This document shows positions 1 to 14,600 of a stretch of 64,000 nt of DNA, piece by piece (the first letter of the stretch is position 1; every line of letters starts with the position of its first letter). The translations under genes and the position numbers were made by a program. Source of the stretch: Intoshia linei (Eukaryota > Animalia > Orthonectida); contig LWCA01000043.1 in assembly GCA_001642005.1 (NCBI GenBank), positions 4,040 to 68,039 of the forward strand, written 5' to 3'. Below the pieces are notes generated by a model. That model made no database searches. It was not told the origin of the DNA and saw only the letters and a program-made list of their open reading frames with translations.

Positions 1-395
1 TGCCAATATTTGGATTTAAAGTCTAATGTTGTAAATATTGTTTTCATTGTTTTTTTTTACACTGGACTCTGATTGGAGTAAAAACGATATTACTTAGTTT
101 TCAACAATTTTATCCATTATACATTGATTATAATCTACTTAAGTATACTTTATATAATTGACATTGATAAGATCATTAATTGGTAAAACTTAAACGCAAA
201 TATAAATGTTAATAATCTGGATTATGGCCCGAATTTGATTAGAAGTAAATAAGGTCCTAGACAATTTGACGGTCAATATCGGTCAAAATTTGTTGTTTTT
301 TTTATATTGTTGACGAACCTTTTATGTTCAAAGTTACATGTTAGACTTAATCAAAGTGAAGTTGACGAATCAATTGACTCTTTTAAAAGATAAAA

Positions 396-2046
396 ATGGA
401 ATTCATTTTATCTTGTATCGGTTATGCCGTTAGTTTTGGTAATGTGTGGAGGTTCCCATATCTGTGTTACAAACACGGTGGAGCGATTTTTTTGATACCT
501 TACTCTATAATGCTCATTTTAATTGGAATTCCCATTTTTTGCCTAGAATTGATTATTGGACAGTTTACCAGTCGCGGGCCAATAAATTGCTTTAAACATA
601 CGCCTATTCTAAAAAGCATTGGGCTTAGTATGGTGATAGTTTCTGTATTAATTGCGCTGTATTATAATATAATCATCGGGTGGGCTGCTCTCTATTTAGC
701 AAAGTCTTTGATAAGTGTTTTGCCGTGGAGCAGCTGCGTGGTGGGTTTCAAAAATATACGAATGGAACATGCTATAATGGGAAAATTTTAGTTGGGTTGT
801 CCAATGCAACTCTTGCTATGCAAAATGGAATAAAACCCAAATTACCGGCAGAAGGATACTTTTTGAATGAGGTATTAGGCATATCAAAATCAAATCATTT
901 GTTCGATTTCGTTGAAATAAAATGGCAAGTTGCGCTGTCTCTATTCATCATGTGGGTCATTATATTTTTTTCAATGTGCAGAGGAATTTAATCTTCAAGT
1001 AAGGTGGTTTATTTTATGGCTTTATTTCCCTATTTAATGCTCATAATTCTATTTATTAGGGCCGTAACATTAGAGGGTGCATCAGAGGGTATCCGCTTTT
1101 ATTTATTAAATGTTAAATGGGAGGCCTTATTAACTGAGCCATTTGAAAGGATGCTGCAGTACAAATATTTTTCTCACTGCCTGCCGGTATAGGAGGGTTA
1201 ATAACGTTGGGTTCGTATAATGAATTCAACAACAATGTGTTGAGAGATGCTTTATTAATCCCTATAACCAATTGCTTAACCAGTTTTTTTGTGGGCTTTG
1301 TCATTTTCGGGTTTTTGGGATTCTTAGCCGGACAATTAAACACAAGTGTCGATGAAGGTGTGGCTGGAGGTGTAGGTTTAGCGTTTATAGTTTATCTTGC
1401 GACTATATCTTATATGAAATTATCTCCATTATAGAGTGTAATGTTTTTTACAATGTTAATAACTTTAGGATTGGATTCGGAATTTACACTCATTGAAACG
1501 GTCACGACGGCCATATTTGACAATTTTCCAAAACTCAAAAAAAGGAAATGGTTAACTTTTCTTGTTGCGTGTTCAATTATTTTCATTCTTGCTCTCCCAA
1601 TGTGCACAAATGGTGGTGTTAGGTTCCTTGATATACTTGATGTTTATTCAGCTTCATTTAATGTTTTTATTATTGCAATATTGGAATGCGTCATGATATC
1701 GTATTGGTATGGACTCAAAAATATAAAAAATGACATCTCCGACATGATTGGTACTGAAAGATTTCTTTTTCCAGTTTGAGCCGCTTGTTGGAGTTTCCTT
1801 ACTCCAGTAACAATTATATTTATTTTAGTCTTTAACTGTATCGACTACACAAGCTTATATTCTAATGACAATAAATATTTGGTTTGGTCCGATATTTTTG
1901 GCTGGTCAATTACAATTATATCTCTATTGCCAATAATTGTTGTAGCTTTATATCAAATTTTCAAGGAGATATCAACAGACACAGGTTTTTTGGGTGCCAT
2001 CATAAAAGCCAAAAATGCGAATTACCCTATACGATCAAAAAAATAA
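396..2046 (+). pseudogene. SLC6 (Na+/Cl- dependent neurotransmitter/amino-acid transporter) pseudogene, intronless
   Basis: SLC6 motifs [43 protein letters not shown] and LGLDSEF run collinearly across successive ORFs. Frameshifts at ~750 and ~1140; in-frame stops at 989 (TAA), 1144 (TGA), 1432 (TAG) and 1777 (TGA); terminal TAA at 2044-2046. Confidence 0.93.
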
Positions 2047-3885
2047 AGGCATTATATATTTATATTATTTGTATATTTTAAATAAACATGTAATATTCAA
2101 TTTTAACGAATTATTCAGTTATTCCATTTCATTTATATTGTAGTATACATTGATTATGTAGTCAGTGGTTCTCAACTTTTTAACATTAAAAACTTTTATA
2201 TTTTCCAAATTATGAAAATTATCATAAACTTATAAAAAATTAACGGCCATAAACACCAAATTACCCAATAGTTTAAATAATGAAAAAACTAATAGTCCTA
2301 AAATTTAAAACAATATTACATTTAATAAAACTTTGTCCAGTTAACCTATTCAAAAATTTTTAATGTCATAGTTAATCTTTCACGATCAGAAAAGCAATTT
2401 ACTATATCGCAGTGTTAGAGTTATAATGTTCTATCTGCATAAACATAGTTTTTCATAAATCGACTTTAAAATTTAAAAGTACTATATTGCCTAAAATATA
2501 ATTTTTATGTTGAAATTTAATTATACTATTGAGTTTTTTAATATTTGTTAAAGTATATCGAAAAATTTCGTACAATAAAAATAATAACATTAGGGTTTTT
2601 CAGAACTTAAATTTCACTAATAGAACAATCTGTATAACTATTTGATTTGGAAAAAATGCAAATAGAACATTATTCTATAGAAATTATTAACATTTAACAT
2701 TTTTATCATCAAAATTAATTTTTATCAATTTATATTTAAATTATAGAATTCTTTACTCATTGTCCATTTTGATTAACATAGTTTTAATATATTTCTTTTT
2801 AGAATCTAAGGTTATTTTTAATAAGAATTTGATAATTTTGTAAGGAATTATCAAGTCGAGATATAGTAATTGAACCAGTAAATGTTCGTTATATAATATA
2901 ATAATACGTTTTCAAGCTTATTTTTTTTGGTAAAAATGTAAAAGATATGATTTAAAACATTTTTCATAACAAACCTCATTTTTGACAAAAATGCAGATAG
3001 AACATTATAACAGAATTAATATTTTTTAATATTAACAAACACTGCGATATACTATTTTTATAGAAATTATTTTAAAATATGAAATAATTAACGGTCTAAG
3101 AATATAAAAATGATTATTCTGATACAGCTTATTCCATTTGATATTTGTACAAAATTTCAACCCTAGAAATCAAAGTAAATTAAATTTAATGGGAATTCAT
3201 CGACCTCGATTAGCGTGGCATGACGGAACATCTGTGCAATATATTCTTGTGGCTTAGTTATGTGTCTAGTTAACCCTATAGAGAATGTACTTTGTGTGAA
3301 TACGTTTATTATCCAGTATTGGTCAATTGAATTTGGTGATAAATTATTTATAAATTGAAACAATCTAGTCACCTGCAAAATCATATTTAAGGCCTCAAAA
3401 AATGTTTTTATAAATGAAATAAATGTAAAGGTTTTTATGTGAAACCCTTCTATCTAGAATTGGCGGAGATGGTATTTAAAAGGGCTAATGAGAAAATATA
3501 CCACTTAAAATCTAATTAAATGTTGGAACAAGTTTGATTAGAATCCATAAAATGAGATTCATTTATGATTTTTATTAATATAATACATTGTACAATAAGG
3601 TGTCTCAAAAAAAAATGAAAGATTATATTTTAGAATATCCTTAAGTATATTAGTTATCAAGTAGAAAAAAATGATAATTCCAAAATATTAATTCATTCCA
3701 ACCAATATTGAAGATAGGTTGGGAATATATTTTCCAAATAAAAAAAAAAAACAACTAAAGTGCTTTTTTGACTGTGAAGTCACTTTATCAGATTCTTTTC
3801 TATCTATTTAACTAAAAAAACTGAAACAAACAAAACATTTATTTATATAATTGGAAATTGACATAAATAATATACATAAATTTGC

Positions 3886-6747
3886 TCAACTTTTAACGTA
3901 TAACATAATGTAAACAAGTTGTTCTAAATTGTTAAATATAAGCATTTTATACCAACTTTACCTTGAAAATCGGTACTTTTTTTGGTACATTTACTTTGAC
4001 TTTTCATGAATTTAAATTTACGTTGTAAAAATGGTATTTGATACTTATATCTAAAATATAAATGATTAATAAAAATTTCATGTACTTGAATTTTTTTTCA
4101 ATTAATTTCCAATCGATAGAAAATTGGTGAACAGGTTTTTGTTTATATATTCTAAACTAATATAAAACTGTAAAATTTTAAAATACCTCTTGATTAGTCT
4201 GTAATTTTTGATAGGGTTCCATTTTCTAGTCTGAACAATCACAGATTGAACCCTATTTAATAAAATTATTTTTTGATATAAATTTTTCAACTAAATTCAA
4301 TGCAATCGTATAATAAGTATTAAAATGCAGTGTAGATGAGTTACCGTATTAACACTATATGTGTATTTTTTTACTGAACAAAATGGAATTGAAATAAACC
4401 ATTCCATAACTCAATGGAAAAAATATTCCCATTTATTTAATCTACATAATCTGTTTGCTAATACAAATTATGTTATACAATCCGTGAAAAATGTGTGCAA
4501 CATTTTCGAGTCCCAAGATTCTAATTTCGCGCGAAGTAGAAACGTGCCTGAAAATAATCTAGTAAAGGTGTCGTGACAAATATTTTGAGAAACAACGCTT
4601 AATACATAATACAATTATTAAATTTTAACAAAATATGCCAGTATTATACGCGGAATATTAATAAATACATACCAATGATTCTTACATTGTTCAATACTTC
4701 TAGTTTTGACTTTTAGAATGATATCATCCCAAGGCATATCAGAATAAGATACATTATTACCCTTGCATTCAGCAATAGCCTCTAAAAAATTGGTACATTC
4801 CTTTTCATTCCATTTTCCAGAATCTAAAATTAAAGATATTAATACATATATAATCTATGAATCTATGTATAATCCAATCAATTATATTATAACTGTAAAT
4901 TTTCGAATTTTGCATAGCGTCCATTTTATTCTGTACAGATCTACCATTTCGACCCATATCAATTCCAATTTTTACCCAGTTGTTTCCATTTATCTCGTGC
5001 AGTTTTATTAATTTTTCAATTTCTTCTTTGGTAAATTGACCCTTTTTGGTGTGACCGAGACACATACGATGAGCAGCATTATACACTGATATTTTACGTC
5101 TATTAAGCCCCTTGCCTAAAAATAAAAATTGAATAATACACCTTTTTTATATATGTAAATTTAATAAATTGTAAATCGAAAAGTATCAATATATAACACT
5201 GTCAATAAGTTTAGTTAATTATAAATTTTCAAAAATTACACATATAAGAATAGAATTCTATTGTATTTCGTTTCTTTATTCTATTTTTACCAGTATAGTT
5301 GAAAATGTCAAATCTATCTTGTAAATCCTTATCCTATAATTTAAAAAATTTTTAATCGATAGTTACAATTTTCAATTATTTAAGGGTCTTGGCGTTTTTA
5401 GAATCAACTTATAAATTTTTTCAATTTTATGGTAAAAATTTCTAGAAAAAATGATAAGTCTTAAATACAAAATTTTAAAGAGAACTTACTAGAATGTAAA
5501 TTTTAAGGATTAAAAACTGAAAAATGAAATTGATGGTAAACATAATTATTTAAATTATAATTTAAAAGATGGCTTTTATCAGAAAAATCATCCTAAAAAC
5601 GTCTTAAAATTTTAAATTATCATTTTTGGCTAATTTTATATAAATAATTAAAAAGTGATATTTTTAGAAGAAAAATTACACACAAACCTTCAATTTACCC
5701 TTAAAATTTAAATCATTATTTTGAATAAATTCAAAATAGTGGTTTTTAAAAGAATATGACCATCAAACCCTCTCAACAATTGACAAACATTTTTGAAATA
5801 AAACATCGAAAATTGTAGTTGTTAAAAGAAAAATGGCTTCAAAAATTCTCAAAATATGCCAAAAGGTTACACAATGCTTATCTTTGATAGAATTTAAATG
5901 AAAAATAAAAAATTGAGGTTTTTATCTTAAAAAAACCTCAAATCCTCTAAAAATTTACTTAAAAAATAGATAAACCTTTGAAATAAAATCATATGAAAAA
6001 TTAAAAATGGAGGTTTTTACCTTAAAAAAACCCCCTCAAAACGTATTTAAAAATTTGATAAGCCTTTTTTAAAATAAAATCATATGAAGAATTAAAAATT
6101 GTAGTTATTAAAAGAAAAATGACCTCAAACCCTCTGACAACTTAATTAAAAATTGTAGTTTTTAAAAAAAAAATTGTCTCAAAACTTCTCAAAATATGCC
6201 TAAAAGTTACACAATGCTTATTTTTAATAGAATTTAAATAAAAAATGAAGGTTTTTATTATAAAAAAAACCATCAAACCTCTCAAAGTTTACTTAAAAAA
6301 TTGATAAGCCTTTTTTGAAATAAAATCATATGAAAAATTAAAAATTTAGGCATTTTAAAAGAAATATGGCCCTCAAAACCTGTACTAAATATACTATAAA
6401 ATTAGAATGTTTATTTTTGATAGAATTAAAATGAAAAATTGAGGTTTTTATCTTAAAAATCCCTCAAACCCTCTCAAAATTTACTTTAAAAAATTATTAA
6501 GCATTTTTTGGAATAAAATCATATGAAAAATTAAAAATAGTGGTTTTTAGAAAAAAAAACGGCTCCCCAACTTCTCAAAATTACAAATACTAAAAAATAT
6601 TTAATATCTTAAATGTATTACAAGTAAATACTAAAAAAATAGACTTACTTTGCAATATAGATCAATGTTTTTGCTGAGTTGTTTCAATTCTTCGCTTGAA
6701 TATCTTCCAGAGTTAAAAGTCTCATCTTCAATAAGAGTACTTTTCAT
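3886..6747 (-). CDS. Myb/SANT-repeat protein of the TTF1/DMTF1 (Reb1-like) family, multi-exon
   Basis: Exon 1 (6747-6649) MKSTLIEDETFNSGRYSSEELKQLSKNIDLYCK ends at a GTAAGT donor. Later exons give KKGQFTKEEIEKLIKLHEINGNNWVKIGIDMGR, SGKWNEKE...MPWDDIILKVKTRSIEQCKNHW and IDWKLIEKKF. Probable stop TGA at 3888-3886. Confidence 0.8.
5500..6580. repeat. Degenerate intronic minisatellite array
   Basis: Recurring units such as AAATAAAATCATATGAAAAATTAAAAAT, CCCTCAAA and TTACACAATGCTTA within the first long intron of the Myb gene. Confidence 0.75.
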
Positions 6748-6852
6748 TGTTAATAACGATAATTATCAAAAATTAAACAATAAAGTTTGTATCCTAGTAA
6801 TTTTGACTGCGCGTGATTAAAAAATTTAAGCAAATATTACAATTTATTTAAA

Positions 6853-8500
6853 ATGTGGAAATATTTGATATTTCTATTTCATTTCGGCCTTCTCGAATTG
6901 GGTAAAATTTTATTAACGAATCAAAACAAGTTTATTCAAAATATGCACTAAACTAGTGACATAATTTAATTTACATGTAGTTTTTTTTATAATATAGTCA
7001 TTCTAACTATTTAGATATTCCTATTCAAAATTGTAGTAAGTACAGTAGAGAATTAAAAATATGCGTACAATGTGAATACAAGTATCGACTTGATTCCAAT
7101 AAATGTCTGGGTAAACGAAATTATTTTATATATGTATAATATCAATAACCGTGAGTCACGGTCCGTGACTACAACCCGGAGGTTGATTACCGTATTGAAC
7201 TAGATTTAAATATTTTTATTTAGAAACTATTATATGCACTACAACCTGCATTTATTAGGTGGTAAAAAATTTGTATTCAAATTTTTATATTTTTTTTCAG
7301 ATGATTGCAATTCAAATCCGTGTTTAAATGGTAGTGATTGTATCGCTATATACAGCAGTCCATATTTTCGATGTAAATGTTTATTTGGTTTTAGTGGAGT
7401 CCTATGTGAAACTAGTAATCTACACTTGTATATGAAATGTACCGTGTTATGTTCCAAATTTCTATCCTATTGTTGAAGCATTGTCCCACTAAATCACTGA
7501 AAAAATGTAAATAAAAAATTGAAACGTTTTTGAAAAGTTTACTGTTAGGAGTAATTATAAAAAATTTTGAACATGACAAAATACCTGTAAAATATTTCTA
7601 AATAATATAACATAAAAATAGAAATAAACTACTGTGAACCCAATCCATGTTTAAACAACGGCATATGTACAAGAATTAACAATAAAGAAAAATATACATG
7701 CACCTGTTCAACCCCATTCCAAGGCAAAAGCTGTCAAATTAGTAATTTAAGCTTTTAATCCAAACTTTTTTTAATTTAAATAATAATTAGGAGGTAATTG
7801 TGTTTATAAAAAACTATTTAAATTTTAAAAGACAAAATCTGCGTATTGAATCCATGCCAAAATGAAAGCAGATGTGTTGAAACAGTGCATGCTCCGTTTT
7901 ATTATTGTATATGCAATTCCGCTTACAGTGGTCGCGATTGCCAAAACCGTAATTTTAAAAATATTAATGCAGTGTTCTCAACCCTATTAGCGACATAAAA
8001 TCTGTTTCAAGGTTTTCATATCGACTACTGAAATTATTTTTTAAATGAAATGAACAATTTTAAACTAAACCAACATTTTTTTAACCTTCCACCACACAGG
8101 CTGGAAAAATGTCATGTACAATTTAACTAATATTCTAGTAATTTTATCTTGCAATCCAAATCCATGCGATCAACACCACAAATGCAATATTAATTACGAC
8201 ATGTATACCTGTGAATGCCCGGAAGGGACTGCTGGAGCATCTTGTGAAAAACGTAAAATTTTGATTATATTTCTGTAGAATTTTTGAAAATAGCTCTCGA
8301 TATATGTAAAACCGGCATTGTGAAACATGGGGGAAAATGTGAATATTCATACACTTGTTCTAATGTAATTTATTCAATTTATAAATATTTACTAAATTCA
8401 GGACAATAATTCTGGTCAAACCACCCAAGAACAAAAATCATTTCAACAGGTATAATTTTTAAATTTTTTTTAATACTTAATATTTTCAAAGAAAACATGA
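6853..8500 (+). CDS. Secreted protein with four or more EGF-like repeats, one per exon
   Basis: Hydrophobic exon 1 MWKYLIFLFHFGLLEL. Phase-1 EGF exons at ~7301-7414 (CNSNPCLNGSDC...CKCLFGFSGVLCE), ~7623-7741 (CEPNPCLNNGIC), ~7832-7948 (CVLNPCQNESRC) and ~8138-8252 (CNPNPCDQHHKC). 3' end approximate. Confidence 0.85.
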
Positions 8501-8605
8501 ACGGATACAACATAATTAACTGTATTTTACATACAAGTAAGTGATGAAATGTTCAATATTAAAATAGTTAAATAAATTTATTAAATCTCTCAAACTGACT
8601 ACATT

Positions 8606-11600
8606 TTACACTCTTTTGTACAAAAACATGTAGCCCATATTAATATCTTCAGTAGAATTTGAAACAACTGATTCATCGTTAAATAATGACCATTCGTTTT
8701 TATCACTATTGGGATCGTTTTTAATGTAAGCTACATAATGACCAGAATTGGTAGAATTACCCATATGACGAATACACCCAATTAGTTTGTAATCTAAAAT
8801 GACAGATTCATGTCAATATTTTAACCAAAAACCTCCTTTTCCATTAAGATATTTTTCGTCTTGATCTTCTTCGTCTTCACTACTACTACTACTGCTGTTC
8901 ATGTCCAAAATGTGTCCTATAGCCATTTCCACATTATTACCCTGTGTAAAAAATAATTAGTAATATTATTAAATATAATTAGTGTTTCTTAATTTTTTTA
9001 CTTTAGGGCGCACCATTGAAATACATGAAAGTTTGGCCCACCTTTAAATTTTGATAAAAAAAGACATTTTGAACAATAGTATATTGGTTTTTAACGGGAA
9101 ATTTGGTTATTTTCTTTGCGGTACACCTGAAAACTACTCATGGCTTACCAGTGCGCCGCTGCGCATTTAAGAATTACTAGTAAACTAATATTACGCATTT
9201 TTTAAGAGCTTTAATAGATTTTTTCTTGTTCATTTGCATGGCAAGCAACTGTTCCAAAGCAAACGAATCTACCTTGTCGTTTACTAAATTTTTTTAACTC
9301 AAAAATTATACAAATTCAAACATTGACAGCTCAATTCCATCAGCGATACCACGTCTTTACAGGTAGAATTTTTCAAAATTGTATCTATTGCTATGTTTTT
9401 AACTACACCCAATTGAATAAGTTGGCTGACTAAAAGTTGGTTCTCTTCTGAAAAATTATCAAATTTGTTTTGATATGTTTCTAATAAAATATATTTATAA
9501 TTGTCAATATTGTATTACATCGTTAATTTAAAGTTTAAGAAGTCATTTTTACGGACTTTAGGTAATTTAATAAAATGACTGTAGAGTATACAGGTGTGTG
9601 AAAAGGTTAGGGTCATGTAACGGGTTTAATATTTTAAATTAATACGTTATTTCAAAAAAACTTGGTATGGTGGGCGAAATTTAGTTCATCCAGAAAAGTA
9701 ATGCTGCAATCCCCGCTAGACGTTAATAAAAAATAATTTTAAATTTTAGGAAAAAAATTCCTCAAATTTTTATTAAAATTCAGTAAAACACCTCTAATAC
9801 ACTTTTCATATTTGGTTTAAAAAATTACCATTCAAACTTTTTTTGAAATTTTCTCAAAAATCGTTTTTATCATTTTTACCCTTTTTTAAATTTATATTAA
9901 AAAATTCCTCTAAACCCTTTTTTAAATTTAATAGAAAAGAATAATTAGAAGAAATTTTTTCTCAATTTTTTTTTACCTTCTTCAGATTCTACAGTAGGCT
10001 TATCGGCTCTAATCCAATCCAAATTAATTTCGTTCGGTGCATCAACTTTGGCCTCTAAATTTATAAAAAAGCTGAATTATTAAAATAACTTAGTTTGGAA
10101 ACATTGTAGTTTTTATCAAAGTTAAATTTGCTGATTGAAATCATCAAATATGGCGGGAAAGAAGAGATACCAAATGATCTAAAATGGTGTACTGATTTAA
10201 AATACAATTCACTAATTACATGAAAGATTCCGTTTTATCTAAAGTATTGTCAATTATTTTACATTTCGTGGTATATCTGCTCAAAATTTTCTTCAAAGAA
10301 ATGACAGTAAACTCGTCTTTTCTGAAGGTTAGGAATACATTTATATTAATTAATCGCATTTTACTTGGTTAATTTATCATGTTTTAAATTGGAATCACAA
10401 TCTACCATAATTTCAGGTGTAAGTTGAAGTAATAGAATGTACTCGCTATAACTTTTAACACGAATTTTACGGTTTTTAGATTGAATTTTTTCAACTTTTT
10501 CAAATCGAAACAAATCAGCAATTGAATTTCCTTTAAAATTGGGAGGTTGATTTGATTTTTTCTAAATAACTATAAAGTATCATAATTGTAAATACAAACT
10601 GATAGTTTTGACAACAAAAAATCAAAAAATTCGGCAGCGTCTTGTTGTTGTTTAGATTTGTATAAGTTGTTTTCTTTTCCGATCAGAGTCCTCATAAGAG
10701 TTGGGCGAATTGAAGTGGGTCTCTAATTATCGATGAATATACATAATATAAATCTACCACAATTTTATTTTCAGTTTCTTTGGATAAATTGCAATAATTT
10801 ACTTCATGTGCCAATTTAGATCTAAACGTCAGATTCAATATTACTGATTGTTTAGGATATATTGTGACGGTTGTAGTATATTTTTCGTATTAGTACAATT
10901 TTTGCATACAAATTTAATTTTTAAAAAAATCTTATTCATAAAAACAATTAAGTCATCATTTTATTTATATTACTATTTACAACAATAATTTTTACACAAC
11001 TAGCAAAATAAAAATTAATTACATTTGTAACAAAAAATTATTAGGTGCATTTAAAATACATTGTTGGTTTTTCATTACAGAAGCCAAAATTTGATCATAT
11101 TTGTCAACGTACCTAAAAATATTTAAAAATTATTGATATTAAATTACATTTCTCGAAATTCTTCAAGGTGGAATAATAATTGAAGTATTGAATTAATATA
11201 ACAACTATTTCCTAAATTATCCAGTCCTACAAAACTAGGACCATTCAATTTTTGACAGTTTTCATCTTTAGCCAACAAAAAATCCGAAACGTTATTGTTT
11301 AATTCTATTTCCAATTCATTCATCGTCTTTTCTGTCTAATATTATTAATTTAAACTACGGTTAGTGAAATTTATAAACTTTAAGGGTTTTGGATCATTCC
11401 AACTAATGAAGGTCAATTTATCAATTATTTTGGGAAATATAATGAAAATTTACCAATCGAAAATGTTTTGACTCTAATCTACCGTAAACCTTGATTAATT
11501 TGTAAGATTACACAAATGAAGTCCATTTTCTAGAACGACATTTATTTGAGCGATGTATCTTAGACTCTAAGTTTAGAGCTCTAAAACTTAGAGCGATATA

Positions 11601-14600
11601 ATCATTCATCTTACTAATTTATGATATTATTCATTTTTTCACTCAATTTTTAAAGATTTTGAAGATAATTTTAAGTCAAAAATGAAGTAAGGTTTTTAAG
11701 GCATTTTTTTTCACCTTATTACATAAATTATCTTCAAAATATTTTAAAATGTCTCCCTTAAGCTAGTGTGGCCATGAATACGTAGAAATAACTATGTTTT
11801 ATAACAAAATAAATTTTAAAAATAAATCCAAATTTTACAATTATGAGAAATTTCCTTTCTAGATAACACAAAATATGTTTTTTCTATGTATAAAATATGG
11901 CACACTATTTAATCCCTACCAAATCTTACCACCAAAATTATCTTCAAAATCTTTAAAAAATGTGTGAAAAAAAATTTAAAAACCCTAGCAAATTTGTAAC
12001 CCAAAATTGTCTAAAAATATTTAAAAAATAATAGAAAAATTGTTCCCTTACAAGCCTTACAGAATCTTTGGACCAAAATTATCTTCAAAATTGTTCCCAC
12101 AAAAATTTGGTCAAACAATGAATAGTATGATTAATTAGCAACATCTATGATTATGTCGCTCTAAGGCAGTGTTTCTCAACCGATGCGCCCAGAAAAAACT
12201 AAGTGCACCCAAAGAATAATTCACAAATATAAAAACAAAACAAAGCTAAGGTTTTCTACTATGCTGCAAATAAAAAACATGAAAATGAAACGAATTATAT
12301 ACATATATAAATACAGGAGGAGATACGTGTGTTTATTAACCATAGAGTCCAAGAATTGATAAAATATGTAAAAACAAACCGTCTAAAGATATCACTAATG
12401 TGTAATATGTTAATTTTTTTTAAATTATAATTAGTAATTAATAAACTACACTTCGAACCGTTTTCGTATTTCACAATACGGTAATAACTAGTCCACCTAA
12501 AATTTTTAATTTGCTTCAAGTGCCTCCCAGTGGAAAAAAGGTTGTGAAAAAAAATTAATTAAGTATAATTTAAATCGCTCAATGAATGTTCGCACACAAA
12601 CAATACAAATTTAATAAATTCCAGAATAATTCTTTGCTATGGGTTTATGAAAAATTATAATTAATTAATAAATATACCTTTTCACAAGAATCAGCATCAA
12701 TTCCAAAATGTTGTAGGTGTTTGTTGAGATATGGATCTATAACTAATGCTTTATCTTCATAACTGTAAACATCTAGAATAGTTCACTTATTGCCATTTTA
12801 ATTATATTGTATAAACCCGCTGTTCCATTATGAATTGTTCCTAGTTTAACAACAATAGGATAACCAGTTTTCGTATAATGATCCATAGCATGATTGTTTC
12901 CACCCATGCCAGTCCAGTAGCTTCTACCGCAATTTATATTTCCATCTTTCAAGTTTAACCATAAATTAGTGGTCAAATCACACATAGAACAGCTTAATTT
13001 TGATTTTATATCAATTTTACATATTTTAGTATTTTGAATTAATTCTTTTGCAACACTAAAATATATAATCAATTAATCATATTAGAGCCTTACACGGTAC
13101 GATATTTTAAATTATTAACACGCTCTTTTTTTGATTACGATGCGCACATCATGATTCATGACAAGTATTGTTTCCCATTTTCTATATACTAACCATTCCA
13201 CATATACATCACCAGGAACAAGTACGATTTGTAGTACAGATACTGAAAAATAAGTTTCAAGTGAATTATTAAAATTACAATTAAAATTTTTTATCCACTT
13301 TTGTTTAATTAATTGATTTTTATTTGAAAATTTTTAATATTTATTATAGAGTTGACAGATGCTTGGAATTTATCTCAAAGCATATACGACCGCTACATTA
13401 TTATTGCAAAAATCTCACTTTTACCCCACTATTAATAAAATTTAACAAAAAAATACAAATTCAAACCTTTTGACAAAAATTGACTTTTAGCAATATATTT
13501 TTGAAAAATCTTCAAATCCAAAAATCAAACCCCTAAAAAAATGCCCTTTTTCCAATATTTTTTTAAAAAACACGATTTAATCAAATAGTATGAGAAAAAA
13601 CTTTAATTTTATCATAAATGTTTTATATTTCATGTTTCCTTTGGCGTGCAACAAAAAATAAATATTTTGAAATGGGGGTCCGTACACTATTTGAATCGGG
13701 AACCATTGATCTAAAATTACTGTTGTAAAATTTAATTTAGTTATCACTGCGTTACCGATCCGTTAAAACATTTTCATACTTTTGCCGTAAGAGTCACAAA
13801 GTTGGTAAACGTTTAACTATACGATTTCAAGTAACTAACCATTACCATTTTATAGTATAATCCAGTTTCATCACAAATTCCATACATCGTCTGGCTTATT
13901 TTCAGAAATTTTCTTAAGAAATACACTTAGAAAAAAATAATTTTTAGAAATGACTCAATACTAACATAAAAAATAGAAATTTTGGCCATATAATACTTGT
14001 TATAATTTTAATTGTAATGAAGTTTCTGTTTATATTTATATATTTAATGGTATAGATCAGTTTTTATTGGGTCTAATAAAACAAGTTAAGATCAAATAAT
14101 TTGTTTTATATGAAAAAATTTTAAATAAATCAATAATAAACATTATACTCAAAAAACCCTGTAATAGTGAAAAGGCATTGTATCAAATTGACTGCGCACT
14201 AAATTTCTCCAACACAATTCGAAAATATAATTAAATTTATTATTTAAAACTAGATTTAAAAGCTCGTGCTGCGAACCGTGTTACCGACAATTTTAATTGA
14301 CATAATTACAATGTATTATAATAACTTAAAATATCTTATGCTCTTATTTTCAAAATATCCTGTAATTGAGTTATTTCGATTAATATGAAACACTACAAGA
14401 ATTTAATTTATTTTTATTGTATTAAAACTTTTTGGGACTCTAATTTCTAAATAAATGGTAACACAGACAGACTGTGCGTGGATTACCAAAAAAAAAAAAA
14501 ATTAAAAACACGTTGAAATTTCGGAAATATGTAACTTTATAGATAAACTACCGTTCAGAAATTTATATTTTCTAAAAATAAATTACAGTGAAATTTTCAA

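Noticed and set aside
989-1779. Alternative genetic code, readthrough or A-to-I rescue of the SLC6 stops
   Set aside because: Two frameshifts and a TAA at a Lys position cannot be repaired that way. Other genes in the window use TGG for Trp and TGA/TAA as true stops.
3163-3384. Minus-strand 73-aa ORF with an acceptor-like TTTTGCAG
   Set aside because: No recognisable domain and no convincing partner exons; it could be a relic but cannot be supported.
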